Counted from the stretch's first letter, positions 23,878 to 33,185 are shown. The stretch: 40,000 nt of DNA from an uncultured Burkholderiaceae bacterium (GCA_944390675.1 CALXQR010000003.1:123896-163895), one strand, 5' to 3'. Notes: generated by a model not told the origin, from the letters alone. Numbers and translations are program-made.

Positions 23878-26469
23878 ATGGCAAATCAATACGAAGTTTT
23901 ATTCCGCTTGGATGCAGAGCTAGAGCGCCGATTTTCTACAAGCTTTACCGGGGCTGATGAAAAGATGGCTATGCTCGCAAAGCGCTCTGCAGAACTCAAT
24001 GAAGCTGCGTCAAAAATTGACGGACTGCTCAAGTTACGTAGGGAAACAGGGGCGCTTTTTAGTGATTATTCCCGGCAGAAGGCTGTCGTGGATAATTTGC
24101 GCTCAGCCATGAGTCGATTGCAGGAACCGTCTTTGCAAATGCAGGCAGCTTTGGTGCAGGAAGAGCGCAAACTTGCCAAAGTAAAGAGCGCTTTTGATAG
24201 GCAGTCGGAAGCACTACGCAAGGCCAATGTGGCGATGGCTGGCTTCGGCCGCAGTACGACAGAACTGACGCAAAAGCAAGCACAGCTCGTGCAAGGGACC
24301 GAAGAGGCTAACCGAGCCCTTGCTAAGTTCAATGCACTTTCGGCAAAACAAGCGCAGCTCAAAAGTCAGCAACAGGCGATCGGGGAAGCGGCGGTGCAGT
24401 CGGCCGTTGCGGTCACAACATTGGGGCGCGCTGCTGTCAATGCATTGTCCGCTCCGGTGCGTCAAGCAATGGACATGCAGGATGCCATGGCTGACATCAA
24501 CAAAGTGGTGGATTTTGAGGATCCTAAAGGGCTGCAGAAAATGCAGGCCACGCTCGAAAAAATGAGCTTGGAGATCCCGATGTCTGCGGTGGGTCTTGCG
24601 CAGATTGCAGCAGCTGCTGGACAAGCCGGCATTGCTGCTGATGAGCTGGTGCCGTTTGCCGAGCAGGCGGCCAAGATGGGTGTTGCTTTTGACATCACGG
24701 CTGAAGAGGCCGGCAACATGATGGCCAAATGGCGATCCTCTATGGGGCTTACGCAAGCCCAGGCGCTTGAGCTTGCGGACGCAACTAACGCTCTGAGCAA
24801 CTCAAACGCAGCCCAAGCCAAGCAGATCGGCGAGGTTCTGCTGCGATATGGTGCTCTGGGCAAGGTGGCCGGTTTAACGGAAAAGCAAACGGCTGCGCTG
24901 GCGGCAACCGCGATCGGTGCCGGCGCAGAGGCTGAAGTGGCTGCAACCGGTATTAATGCCTTTATGCGCTCGATGGTGAAGGGCGGCGGCATGACCGAGC
25001 TGCAGGCGACGGCCTTCAGCAACATCGGGTTTGATCCGACGCAGTTGCAAAAGGATGTGCAAACCAACGCTCCAAAAGCCATTTTGGATGTATTGGAGGC
25101 TATTAAGGCCAAAGTGCCTAAAGAGCTGCAGTCTCAGTATCTCACGGCCATGTTTGGTGAAGAGGGTGCCCGAGCCATGGGTCCTTTGATGGTCAACACT
25201 GAGGTTTTACGAAAAAACTTCGAGATGGTGGCCGATTCTGAGAATTACGCCGGATCCATGCTCAAAGAGTTTGAGTCGCGCGTTGGTACGGCCTCAAACG
25301 CTTTGACGATTGCTCAAAATGGTTTTGCTTACATTACTGGGGCTATGGGCGAGCCATTGTTGGAGCCGGTGAGAGAATTTTTCCTGGCTCTTGGCAAGGG
25401 AGCCTCTGTCATCGGCGGGTTCATGAAGGAAAACCAGGGTCTGACTACGGCTGTGGTGACGTTAGGGCTTAGTGTTGCCGGTGCTGCACTGGCATTTCAT
25501 GCGGTCCGAGCAGCCGTGCTCTTTACCAAAATGCCGTTTATTGCAGCTCAAAGTGCAGTGATTTCGGTTCAAAAGGCTCTGATGACATCCACTGCGGCGG
25601 CCAAGGCTTGGTCTCTGGCGTGCGTCGGAGCATCTAAAACAGTGCAGCTCATGACGGTTGGCGCTCGAGGTTTAGGTGCTGCTTTGAGTTTTGCCATGAC
25701 TAATCCGACTGGGGCGGTTTTGGCGGTTCAAAGAGCACTTTTAGGACTCAAGGCCTCCATAGTTTCATCAACCGTTGCAACAAAAGCCTGGAGTCTTGCT
25801 TGCGCCGGTACCAGTAAGGCCATGGCTCTCATGGCAGTTGGTGCTCGAGGCGTTGGAGTCGCTTTGCGCTTTGCCATGGCCAATCCTATTGGGATTGCGA
25901 TCAGTGCTGTTTCTGCGTTGGTGGCTGCGGGTGTTTATCTATACAAAAACTGGGATGCGGTGAAAGCCAAAATGGCCTCGATTGGGCAGGCGATCGGAGC
26001 GGCTTTTGCGGGACTTGTGAATTTTGTCAAGGCTCCAATTAACAGCATCATCGGCATGATCAACCAGGTGATTGCAGCCATCAATTCCTTGGGATCTTTC
26101 AAGGTGCCGGACTGGGTGCCAGGAATTGGCGGGCAGCAGATGGGTTTGAGCATTCCTCAAATTCCTCAGCTTGCAGCCGGAGGTGTGGCAACCGCTCCAA
26201 CGATGGCCATGGTGGGGGAAGGTGCAGAACCGGAGGCAATCATTCCGCTTTCTCAACTGGCGGACATGATTAAGCCGATGCCGGCAGCTGCAACGAGTCC
26301 CGGGGCGGGCGGCGGTCTCACAGTCAATTTTGCCCCGGTGATCAATATTTCCGGCGGTGAAAAAGATGCTTATGAGGGTGTGCGTCGAGGTTTAAATGAG
26401 GCTCAGAGAAGTTTCAGACGAGAGTTTGAGCGAATGCTGGCAGAGGATGAGCGATTGTCTTACGCCTGA
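23878..26469 (+). CDS. Tail tape measure protein
   Basis: The core region MSLEIPMSAVGLAQIAAAAGQAGIAADELVPFAEQAAKMGVAFDITAEEAGNMMAKW is typical of TP901-type TMP cores. It is long and Ala/Gly-rich, with a 60-aa internal tandem repeat. Confidence 0.9.
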   Translation: MANQYEVLFRLDAELERRFSTSFTGADEKMAMLAKRSAELNEAASKIDGLLKLRRETGALFSDYSRQKAVVDNLRSAMSRLQEPSLQMQAALVQEERKLAKVKSAFDRQSEALRKANVAMAGFGRSTTELTQKQAQLVQGTEEANRALAKFNALSAKQAQLKSQQQAIGEAAVQSAVAVTTLGRAAVNALSAPVRQAMDMQDAMADINKVVDFEDPKGLQKMQATLEKMSLEIPMSAVGLAQIAAAAGQAGIAADELVPFAEQAAKMGVAFDITAEEAGNMMAKWRSSMGLTQAQALELADATNALSNSNAAQAKQIGEVLLRYGALGKVAGLTEKQTAALAATAIGAGAEAEVAATGINAFMRSMVKGGGMTELQATAFSNIGFDPTQLQKDVQTNAPKAILDVLEAIKAKVPKELQSQYLTAMFGEEGARAMGPLMVNTEVLRKNFEMVADSENYAGSMLKEFESRVGTASNALTIAQNGFAYITGAMGEPLLEPVREFFLALGKGASVIGGFMKENQGLTTAVVTLGLSVAGAALAFHAVRAAVLFTKMPFIAAQSAVISVQKALMTSTAAAKAWSLACVGASKTVQLMTVGARGLGAALSFAMTNPTGAVLAVQRALLGLKASIVSSTVATKAWSLACAGTSKAMALMAVGARGVGVALRFAMANPIGIAISAVSALVAAGVYLYKNWDAVKAKMASIGQAIGAAFAGLVNFVKAPINSIIGMINQVIAAINSLGSFKVPDWVPGIGGQQMGLSIPQIPQLAAGGVATAPTMAMVGEGAEPEAIIPLSQLADMIKPMPAAATSPGAGGGLTVNFAPVINISGGEKDAYEGVRRGLNEAQRSFRREFERMLAEDERLSYA

Positions 26470-26515
26470 TTGGGGCTCCGGATTCGGGGCCTTTGCATTG
26501 TCGGAGGCAAGGGAA

Positions 26516-26719
26516 ATGTACAAAACGGTGCAGGGTGATACCTGGGACATCATTTCAAAAAAGGTTTACGGAACGGAAATGCAGATGCATGTGTTGATAG
26601 CGTCTAATCCTGAAGTCCGTGATGTGGTGATTTTTCCGGCTGGCGTCGAATTGCAAACGCCGGCAATAACTGAAACGGCGGCCGAAACGCTGCCGCCCTG
26701 GAAAAGAGGCCAAGCATGA
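26516..26719 (+). CDS. Tail protein X (P2 gpX-like, LysM-type)
   Basis: MYKTVQGDTWDIISKKVYGTEMQMHVLIASNPEV...FPAGVELQTP parallels P2 gpX. GGAGG RBS. The track ORF start at 26396 is rejected. Confidence 0.75.
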   Translation: MYKTVQGDTWDIISKKVYGTEMQMHVLIASNPEVRDVVIFPAGVELQTPAITETAAETLPPWKRGQA

Positions 26720-27804
26720 ATGAACCCAGACAAACGAGGCTGCGGTTATTGTTTACCAGGGACGAAAAGGATGTGACGCAGGATGTGGCTGCGGATCTCT
26801 TGGCGTGGTCTTATAGCGATCACGAAACCGGGCAAGCCGATGAGATCTCTTTGACGCTAAAAGATCCGGAGGGTAAGTGGGCTCAGTCATGGCGTCCGGA
26901 TGGCGGCGAAACGATTCGGATGTATTTGTCGGCCGGCACTGTATCCGCGCCGGGCCCGGAGCTTTTTTGCGGCACGTTTTATGTTGACAGTATTCGATTG
27001 TCCGGGAAGCCTTCGGTTATTGAGATTCGAGCAACATCAATTCCGCTTAACCAGCCTATTCGAAAGCTGGCGAAATCCCGTGCTTGGGAATCCAGAAAAC
27101 TGAGCGACATTGCAAAAACAATCGCGGCAGAAGCTGAGTTGGAGCTTTTAATGGATGTTTCGGAGGATCCGACGTATGACCGCATTGACCAGGACAAAGA
27201 ATCTGATTTGGCGTTTTTGAAAAGACTTTGCGAAGCAGCTGGACTTTCTCTGAAAGTCACTGATGAGCAGCTGGTGATTTTCAGCCAAGATCGTTATGAG
27301 CAAAAAGAGCCAGCAGCGAGTTTTGTATTGGGCGAGTCCGGAGTGTTGAGTTACGACTTTGAAACGGCTCAAAGCGGCAGCTACGGTGCTGTGACAGTTG
27401 AATGGCGGGATCCTAAGCAGAAAAAGAAAGGGTCGGCAGCAAGCTACAACTTTAATTTGGAGAAGGTGACGGACAAAAAGATCAATCCGGCAGTGATGTC
27501 TTACACCTATCGGGATCCGAATGCCGGCCCCAATGACCAGGAATACAAAATGCGCAAGCGTGCGACTTCTCTGGATGAAGCAAAGCGGTTGGCCAAGGCC
27601 AAGCTACGTCAGCTCAATGGCCGGCGCATGACAGGCTCATTGAGGGTGTTGGGAGATCCGTTTTTGGTAGCCGGTGAGGTGATTGAGTGCCAGGGGTTCG
27701 GCTCTTTTGATGGTCGGTTCATTATCGAAGAGGCGTCGCATTCGGGCGGGGGATCCGGTTACGAAACGAGTCTTTCCGTGCGGCGCGTCAATAACAATTA
27801 TTGA
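26716..27804 (+). CDS. Tail/baseplate hub protein gpD-like (late control D family)
   Basis: SRAWESRKLSDIAKTIAAEAELEL...IDQDKESDLAFLKRLCEAAGL parallels P2 gpD ...IDQSQESDAKFLTRLAERNG. Confidence 0.85.
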   Translation: MNEPRQTRLRLLFTRDEKDVTQDVAADLLAWSYSDHETGQADEISLTLKDPEGKWAQSWRPDGGETIRMYLSAGTVSAPGPELFCGTFYVDSIRLSGKPSVIEIRATSIPLNQPIRKLAKSRAWESRKLSDIAKTIAAEAELELLMDVSEDPTYDRIDQDKESDLAFLKRLCEAAGLSLKVTDEQLVIFSQDRYEQKEPAASFVLGESGVLSYDFETAQSGSYGAVTVEWRDPKQKKKGSAASYNFNLEKVTDKKINPAVMSYTYRDPNAGPNDQEYKMRKRATSLDEAKRLAKAKLRQLNGRRMTGSLRVLGDPFLVAGEVIECQGFGSFDGRFIIEEASHSGGGSGYETSLSVRRVNNNY

Positions 27805-27815
27805 GGTTGGATCTC

Positions 27816-28535
27816 ATGAATTTTTATGACGTTTTTAATCGTTCCGGCAGCTACTTTACCGGGGCGATTGGCGAGGTGACGGACGTTGATCCCAAAATGT
27901 GCCGTGCCCGGGTCACGTTTGATGATGACGACTCGGTGACAAGCGACTGGCTGCCGGTGCTGCAGCCAAACACGATTGACAATCACGATTACCGGCTGCC
28001 GGACATTGGCGAGGATGTGCTCTGCGTCTTTCTCTCGAAAGAGGATGGCTACATCGTGGGCAGCTTTTATGCCGGAGAGGTCGTGCCGCCGGAAAACGAT
28101 CGGGACAAGCGAACGGTAGTTTTTTCTGATGAAACGAGGGTGAGTTACGACCGCAAGGCCCATGCCCTGGACATTGTGATTGGCAATACCAAAATCCATG
28201 CCGATCAAGCTTCGGTGAGCGTTGAGGCACCGCAAACGGTTTCGCTTGAGGGTAAGCAGACCTTGGCGGGTAAAGGAGGCCAGAGCGTGGCTATTGAAGC
28301 CGGACAAACAGCTTCAATGTCTGCCGGGCAATCCATTGCTTTGACCGCTCCGACACTCACGCTCACCATGGGTGCGACGAAGATGGTTTTAAACGGATCC
28401 TCGGCGCAGATTGAGTCAAACAGTCTGACTTTTAAGGGAAACATGACGGTAACTGGAAATTTAAACGTGAGCGGTGATGTCTCCACAACTGGGAATGTCA
28501 ACGCGTCCGGAACCGTTTCTGGAGCCAATATCTAA
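27816..28535 (+). CDS. Baseplate central spike protein gpV-like
   Basis: GEVTDVDPKMCRARVTFDDDDSVTSDWLPVLQPNT...LPDIGEDVLCVFL...GYIVGSFY is the Phage_base_V pattern, with a C-terminal repetitive beta-helix-like tail. Confidence 0.8.
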   Translation: MNFYDVFNRSGSYFTGAIGEVTDVDPKMCRARVTFDDDDSVTSDWLPVLQPNTIDNHDYRLPDIGEDVLCVFLSKEDGYIVGSFYAGEVVPPENDRDKRTVVFSDETRVSYDRKAHALDIVIGNTKIHADQASVSVEAPQTVSLEGKQTLAGKGGQSVAIEAGQTASMSAGQSIALTAPTLTLTMGATKMVLNGSSAQIESNSLTFKGNMTVTGNLNVSGDVSTTGNVNASGTVSGANI

Positions 28536-28544
28536 GGAAAAATA

Positions 28545-28937
28545 ATGCTTGGAGTCATAGGAACTTTTGGGAGTCTCCCGTTTGTGTGTTCGGCCGATGT
28601 CGTGCACACATTTAAGGATCTCTCGCGCGAAACATCGACTCGATGGGCTCGGCATGAAGTCATTGGACAGAAACCGGTTTTGGAGTGGATCGGTGACGAT
28701 TTGGCCAGAGTCACTTTCAAGATTCGGTTTGATGCGACGCTCAGAACGCCTCCTGTTGCCGGACTGATTGTGCTCAATCGACTTTTGAAAGGTCACGAAA
28801 GTCATGTGTTGGTGATTGGCGGCGAGTACCTTGGTAAGTTTGTGATTGAGTCGGTGAGCGAAAACCGAAAGCACTTTGCGGGAGCCGGCGTTTGTTTGGT
28901 GGCTGAAGCAACTATTACCTTGACGGAGGCCGCATGA
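28545..28937 (+). CDS. Tail protein gpU-like
   Basis: FGSLPFVC...HTFKDLSRETSTRWARHEVIGQKPVLEWIGDDLARVTFKIRF...GKFVIESVSE parallels the P2 GpU family pattern. Confidence 0.6.
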   Translation: MLGVIGTFGSLPFVCSADVVHTFKDLSRETSTRWARHEVIGQKPVLEWIGDDLARVTFKIRFDATLRTPPVAGLIVLNRLLKGHESHVLVIGGEYLGKFVIESVSENRKHFAGAGVCLVAEATITLTEAA

Positions 28938-29260
28938 GTGAATACCTGGTGAATTTAAAGCAGGGAATTGACTTTGCTCCCTCATCGGAAATTGCAGAGA
29001 TTCTGCAGAACGTCCGAACCATTTTGACGACGCGCCTGGGATCTGTACCGCTCGAAAGAGATTTTGGTCTGTCCTGGGAGCACATCGATCAGCCGATCAA
29101 TGTGGCTAGAGCTCTTATGAAGGCCGAAATTATTGAGGCTGTTGAGCGTTTCGAGCCGAGGGCCATTGTTGAGGCCGTGAGTTTTGATGAGAGTGTCGAG
29201 GATGGCCAGGATGGTCTGACTCGGCCCAGAGTGACAATCAGCATTAAAGGAGAGGCTTAA
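28934..29260 (+). CDS. Baseplate wedge protein gpW / T4 gp25-like
   Basis: ILTTRLGSVPLERDFGLSWEHIDQPIN...KAEIIEAVERFEPRA is the GPW_gp25 pattern. Confidence 0.8.
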   Translation: MSEYLVNLKQGIDFAPSSEIAEILQNVRTILTTRLGSVPLERDFGLSWEHIDQPINVARALMKAEIIEAVERFEPRAIVEAVSFDESVEDGQDGLTRPRVTISIKGEA

Positions 29261-30400
29261 ATGAGTCAAGAGGTTATTCCTCGGTGGGGATTGCCAGCTG
29301 TTGATTTTCTGAAAACAGATCCGGAGACAATCAAAACCGAGATCATTCGAGAGTACGAAAAAATCGCTAATGTGACGCTCGCAGCCGGGGATCCTCGCCG
29401 GCTGTTTTTATTGGGGCTTGCAGCAACCATCATCCAGTTGAGAACAGATGTGAATTATGCTGCGCAGCAAAACTTGCTTTCCTATGCGCAAGGCGAGTAT
29501 TTGGATGCCTTGGGGGAATCGATCGCGGTTGAGCGCCTTGGAGCATCCAAGGCTGCCACAACCTTGAGGTTTACCTTGTCTCAAGCATTGGGCAATGCGT
29601 TTGTGATTCCTGCTGGCTTTGAGGTCTCGGCTGGCGAAGTGACCTTTTCAACCGATGAGGAGTGCGTAATCGAGCCCGGCGATCTGACCGGTGATGCACC
29701 GGCTTCATGCGTGCAGGCCGGCGAAGTGGGAAACGGTTTTTTAGCGGGACAGATCTCCACAATCGTCTTACCGATGGCGTATTTGGCTTCGGCGGAAAAT
29801 CTCACTGAAAGCCAAGGCGGAACGGATGTCGAGGGAGATCCAGCGTATGCCGAGCGCATCCGGCTGCGTCCGGACAGTTTTTCAGTGGCTGGTCCCGAGC
29901 TTTCCTACATCTATTACACCAAATCGTATTCCCCGGCGATAGTGGATGTTGCCGTCACCTCTCCTGTTGCAGGCGAAGTGGATGTGTATCCCCTGCTTGA
30001 GGGCGGGGAGCTTCCAAACGAAACCTTTCTTGAGGGATTGCTTGAGCACTTAAGTGACGAAACTATCCGGCCGCTGACTGACTATGTAAAAACCATTGCG
30101 CCGACGGCTGTCAACTACAAAATCGTGGTGGATTACTGGGTTAATCGAACCGATGCCAATAAGCTCGAGACGATCCAAAGGGCTGTGACTGAAGCAGTGG
30201 AGTCTTACCGCTTATGGCAGCAGTCGAAAATCGGCAGAGACATCGTGCAGGATGAGCTGATTGCCAAAGTCAATGCAGCCGGTGCGGCGCGAATTGATCG
30301 AACGACGCTTTTGCCGGTGGCTTTTACCGCTCTTGGTGCTACCGAAGTGGCGCAGTGCACCGGCGTTACAGTCAATTTCAAGGGCTATAAGGATGAGTAA
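29261..30400 (+). CDS. Baseplate protein gpJ-like
   Basis: 379 aa. Its position and length fit the Baseplate_J family. Coupled starts, GGAGAGG RBS. Confidence 0.8.
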   Translation: MSQEVIPRWGLPAVDFLKTDPETIKTEIIREYEKIANVTLAAGDPRRLFLLGLAATIIQLRTDVNYAAQQNLLSYAQGEYLDALGESIAVERLGASKAATTLRFTLSQALGNAFVIPAGFEVSAGEVTFSTDEECVIEPGDLTGDAPASCVQAGEVGNGFLAGQISTIVLPMAYLASAENLTESQGGTDVEGDPAYAERIRLRPDSFSVAGPELSYIYYTKSYSPAIVDVAVTSPVAGEVDVYPLLEGGELPNETFLEGLLEHLSDETIRPLTDYVKTIAPTAVNYKIVVDYWVNRTDANKLETIQRAVTEAVESYRLWQQSKIGRDIVQDELIAKVNAAGAARIDRTTLLPVAFTALGATEVAQCTGVTVNFKGYKDE

Positions 30401-31110
30401 TGAAAACGATCAAGGATGTACTGCTTGAGGATTTGCTGCCTGAAAGTCTGACGCATGATCAGCAAATGGCTACAGCGGCTGCAGCGGTGGATCCTCAGTT
30501 AAGAGCAGTTGCCGGCGTCGTGGATGTGGTTGCGATCTACGCGCACATTGATGAGTTGACGAGCGAGCAGCTCGATCACTTTGCGGTTGGCCGCAATCTC
30601 ACGACGTGGCGCGAATCGTGGCCGTTGGATCTAAAACGCTCGGTTGCGAAATCCATTATTGCTCAAAAGGCAAGAATGGGCACGTTGTCGGCCGTTAAGA
30701 ATGTGCTGGCCTCTTTGGGATCTGCCGTCTCCATTGTTGAGTGGTGGCAGGAAAGCCCAAAAGCGGCTGCGCATACATTCAAAATCACAGCGACGTTAGG
30801 CGACATTGAGGGGACGCTCACCGAGCAAATGCAAGAGGATTTTTTCCTGCTGCTTGATGCCTCAAAGCCGGTGAGATCTCACTACACCTTCACGCTCAGC
30901 CAAAACGTCAAAGGAGGGATTCAAGTCGGAGGTGCGGCAAGCACAGCAAGTTTTGCAAGGGCGTCAGGGCAACGAAAGCCATGGCGTTTGGGCATTCAGA
31001 TCGGGCCGATTATCCGGCCCGTTTCTGTAAGTGCTTTTCAGGTCGGCCGCAAGGCCGTTTTTTGTCACATGCGACTGGCAAACGTTTTGCGCGTGGTGAC
31101 AGTCGCGTAA
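30400..31110 (+). CDS. Tail protein gpI-like
   Basis: LLPESLTHDQQMA...ARMGTLSAVKNVLASLGSAVSIVEWWQESPKAAAHTFKI parallels P2 gpI ...HKGTIGAIRRVVEPLGYLINVTEWWENSDPPGTFRL. Confidence 0.8.
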   Translation: MKTIKDVLLEDLLPESLTHDQQMATAAAAVDPQLRAVAGVVDVVAIYAHIDELTSEQLDHFAVGRNLTTWRESWPLDLKRSVAKSIIAQKARMGTLSAVKNVLASLGSAVSIVEWWQESPKAAAHTFKITATLGDIEGTLTEQMQEDFFLLLDASKPVRSHYTFTLSQNVKGGIQVGGAASTASFARASGQRKPWRLGIQIGPIIRPVSVSAFQVGRKAVFCHMRLANVLRVVTVA

Positions 31111-31123
31111 TAAGGAGCTTTTA

Positions 31124-32887
31124 ATGGCTTACGTTTTAACCATCACTGATGCAGGCCTCGCCGCGTTGGTGAATGCCCAAAAGAACGGGACAACACCCGT
31201 GATTTTTGAAACGGTACAGTTCGGCACTGGGAAATATACGCCGACAGGGCAGGAAACTGCGCTGCAGGCGTCGTTCAAAACCCTGGACACGATTCAAGGC
31301 GGTGCGGTTGGAGACAATATCATTCATGTGACTGTTTCTGACTTTTCTGCAGAGGCCTATACGGTTTATGAGGCCGGTATCTTTACTGACGATGGTGTGC
31401 TTTTTGCTGTGATCAGTCAAGATACGCCGTTGGCCCAGAAGGCCGCCGGCTCTCAACTTTTGATGTCCTTTGATCTGGTGCTCGAGCAAGCCGGAGAAAC
31501 AGACATCGAGTTGGGTAACACGAACTTTTTCAATCCTCCGGCCACAACGACAACAGCCGGCATTGTCCGGATGGCCACGGCAGCAGAGGTAGAGGCTGGT
31601 CTTTTGTCTGGTGTTGCTGTCTCGCCAGCCGGGCTTAAAGCCAAACTTGAAAAACCCGGGAGCCTCAACGGCAGTGCTTTCCAGGACGGGTCGATCGGCT
31701 TAGGCAAGCTTTCCGAAAAGCCGGTAAGCACCGCCGAGCAAACACTGACGCCGCAAGAGCAGCAGCAGGCTCGAGAAAACATGGGCTTGACAGAGGCTGG
31801 CACGACGCAGCTCATCATTGCTTCGTCGCCTCGTTGGTACAAGCGGCCGAATTTGCCGACGGTGGCCAAAACGTCCGTAACGATTCCCGCCAATACGCAG
31901 GTCAACATTGGCAACGCGGGCTACATCAGCACAACGGATACCACGCTGCAGCTAAGCACTGTGGGAGAGGCGGCCGCTCGAGCGGGCAAGGATGTATACA
32001 TCTACGCCTGCAAGCCGACATCTGGATCCGAACCGGTGTTTGTGCTTTCTCTCAACAGTACAGTGCCGACCGGATATAACGCTCAAAACTCTCGGAAAAT
32101 CGGCGGATTCCATTGCTTGTGCGCCTCTGTTGGCACGATTTCGGGGCATACGTTGAGCGGCTATGCAGCCGGCGACATCTTGCCTTTGTCCGTTTGGGAT
32201 CTGCTGCACCGGCCGGTGAGCGAGCCGGAGGGCATGGTTTGGATTGAGGGATTGGGCATTTGGGTCGATATTTATCTCGGGTCTTACAACGGCAGCAAGC
32301 TTGTGAGCGCCTACGGAGCATTGACTGCTGACGGCTCTTCGAGTCCCGCTTTCCACGGTGAGAAGTTCGCTGAGTATGCAGGATTGGTCGGCAAGCGTTT
32401 GGTTCGTCGCGATGAGTTCATTGTGTTTGCAAAGGGCTCAAACGAGGAAACAAGCATTTCCGGAGGTGTGGATCCAAATACGACCGGCGGACACGTGGAT
32501 ACGGCTGGCCGCAGAATGATTTCGAACTATGGTATTGAGGACTGCTGCGGGGCGTTGTGGCAATGGACTTCAGATGTTTTTGATTCCTGGGATGGTCACA
32601 GCGCGACTTGGCGAACAGAGTCCAATTCCGAAACGTATACCGAGGGCGAGATGCGTTACTACCTCGATGGCTATTCGTGGAAAAAGGAGAGCGTATTTAA
32701 TCCCGCTTTCGATTCCACTGGGCACGGCTCTTGCATCGGTTTGCTGCGTCGCGGCCTTGTTGGGGCGTTCTGGGGCGACGGGTCGCTTTGCGGTTCTCGC
32801 TCGGCGGTTCTGTACTACTTTTCGTCTCGCGGCTGGGCTTATAACGGGTGCCGGCTTTCGTCCGAGCCACGGGTCGTAAACCTCTAA
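31124..32887 (+). CDS. Tail fibre / receptor-binding protein, DGR target (gpH-like N-terminus, variable C-terminus)
   Basis: The N-terminus VLTITDAGLAALVNAQKNGTTPVIFETVQFGTGKYTP...YEAGIFTDDGVLFAV parallels the P2 gpH N-terminus. The last ~50 codons are the VR. WQWT and ...GFWGDGS.CGSRS....GCR features resemble Mtd/FGE-type CLec variable domains. Confidence 0.85.
   Translation: MAYVLTITDAGLAALVNAQKNGTTPVIFETVQFGTGKYTPTGQETALQASFKTLDTIQGGAVGDNIIHVTVSDFSAEAYTVYEAGIFTDDGVLFAVISQDTPLAQKAAGSQLLMSFDLVLEQAGETDIELGNTNFFNPPATTTTAGIVRMATAAEVEAGLLSGVAVSPAGLKAKLEKPGSLNGSAFQDGSIGLGKLSEKPVSTAEQTLTPQEQQQARENMGLTEAGTTQLIIASSPRWYKRPNLPTVAKTSVTIPANTQVNIGNAGYISTTDTTLQLSTVGEAAARAGKDVYIYACKPTSGSEPVFVLSLNSTVPTGYNAQNSRKIGGFHCLCASVGTISGHTLSGYAAGDILPLSVWDLLHRPVSEPEGMVWIEGLGIWVDIYLGSYNGSKLVSAYGALTADGSSSPAFHGEKFAEYAGLVGKRLVRRDEFIVFAKGSNEETSISGGVDPNTTGGHVDTAGRRMISNYGIEDCCGALWQWTSDVFDSWDGHSATWRTESNSETYTEGEMRYYLDGYSWKKESVFNPAFDSTGHGSCIGLLRRGLVGAFWGDGSLCGSRSAVLYYFSSRGWAYNGCRLSSEPRVVNL
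32730..32865 (+). repeat. DGR variable repeat (VR)
   Basis: Gap-free alignment to 33050-33185 (offset 320). There are 20 mismatches, 19 of them opposite TR adenines. Confidence 0.9.
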
Positions 32888-32989
32888 CCGGAGGGCCGAG
32901 GAGGTCGCGGTCTGCAAACCGCAAGTCGGAAAGTAATGCCGGCGAAGCCGGCCGCGCAATTTTTTAAGGAGGGCTTTAACAAAAGGGTA

Positions 32990-33019
32990 TTGCCATCAGC
33001 GCCCCCCCCCATCTAAAAT
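32990..33019 (+). promoter_or_regulatory. Candidate promoter for the TR-RT transcript, with a C9 tract in the spacer
   Basis: TTGCCA (32990-32995), 18-nt spacer containing CCCCCCCCC (33002-33010), then TAAAAT (33014-33019). TR begins about 30 nt downstream. Confidence 0.45.
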
Positions 33020-33049
33020 GCCTTACGGCTGAAAGATCTCCAGTGAAGG

Positions 33050-33185
33050 CTTGCATCAGTTTGCTGCGTCGCAGCCATGTTGGGGCGAACTGGGGCAACA
33101 GGTCGAATTGCGGTTCTCGCACGGCGAATCTGAACAACTTTTCGTCTAACAGCTGGGCGAATAACAGGTGCCGGCTTTCGTCCGA
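33050..33185 (+). repeat. DGR template repeat (TR)
   Basis: 136 nt with 27 adenines, concentrated in AAC/AAT/AGC codons when read in the fibre frame. Noncoding in its own context; the track ORF start at 33168 is spurious. Confidence 0.9.
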
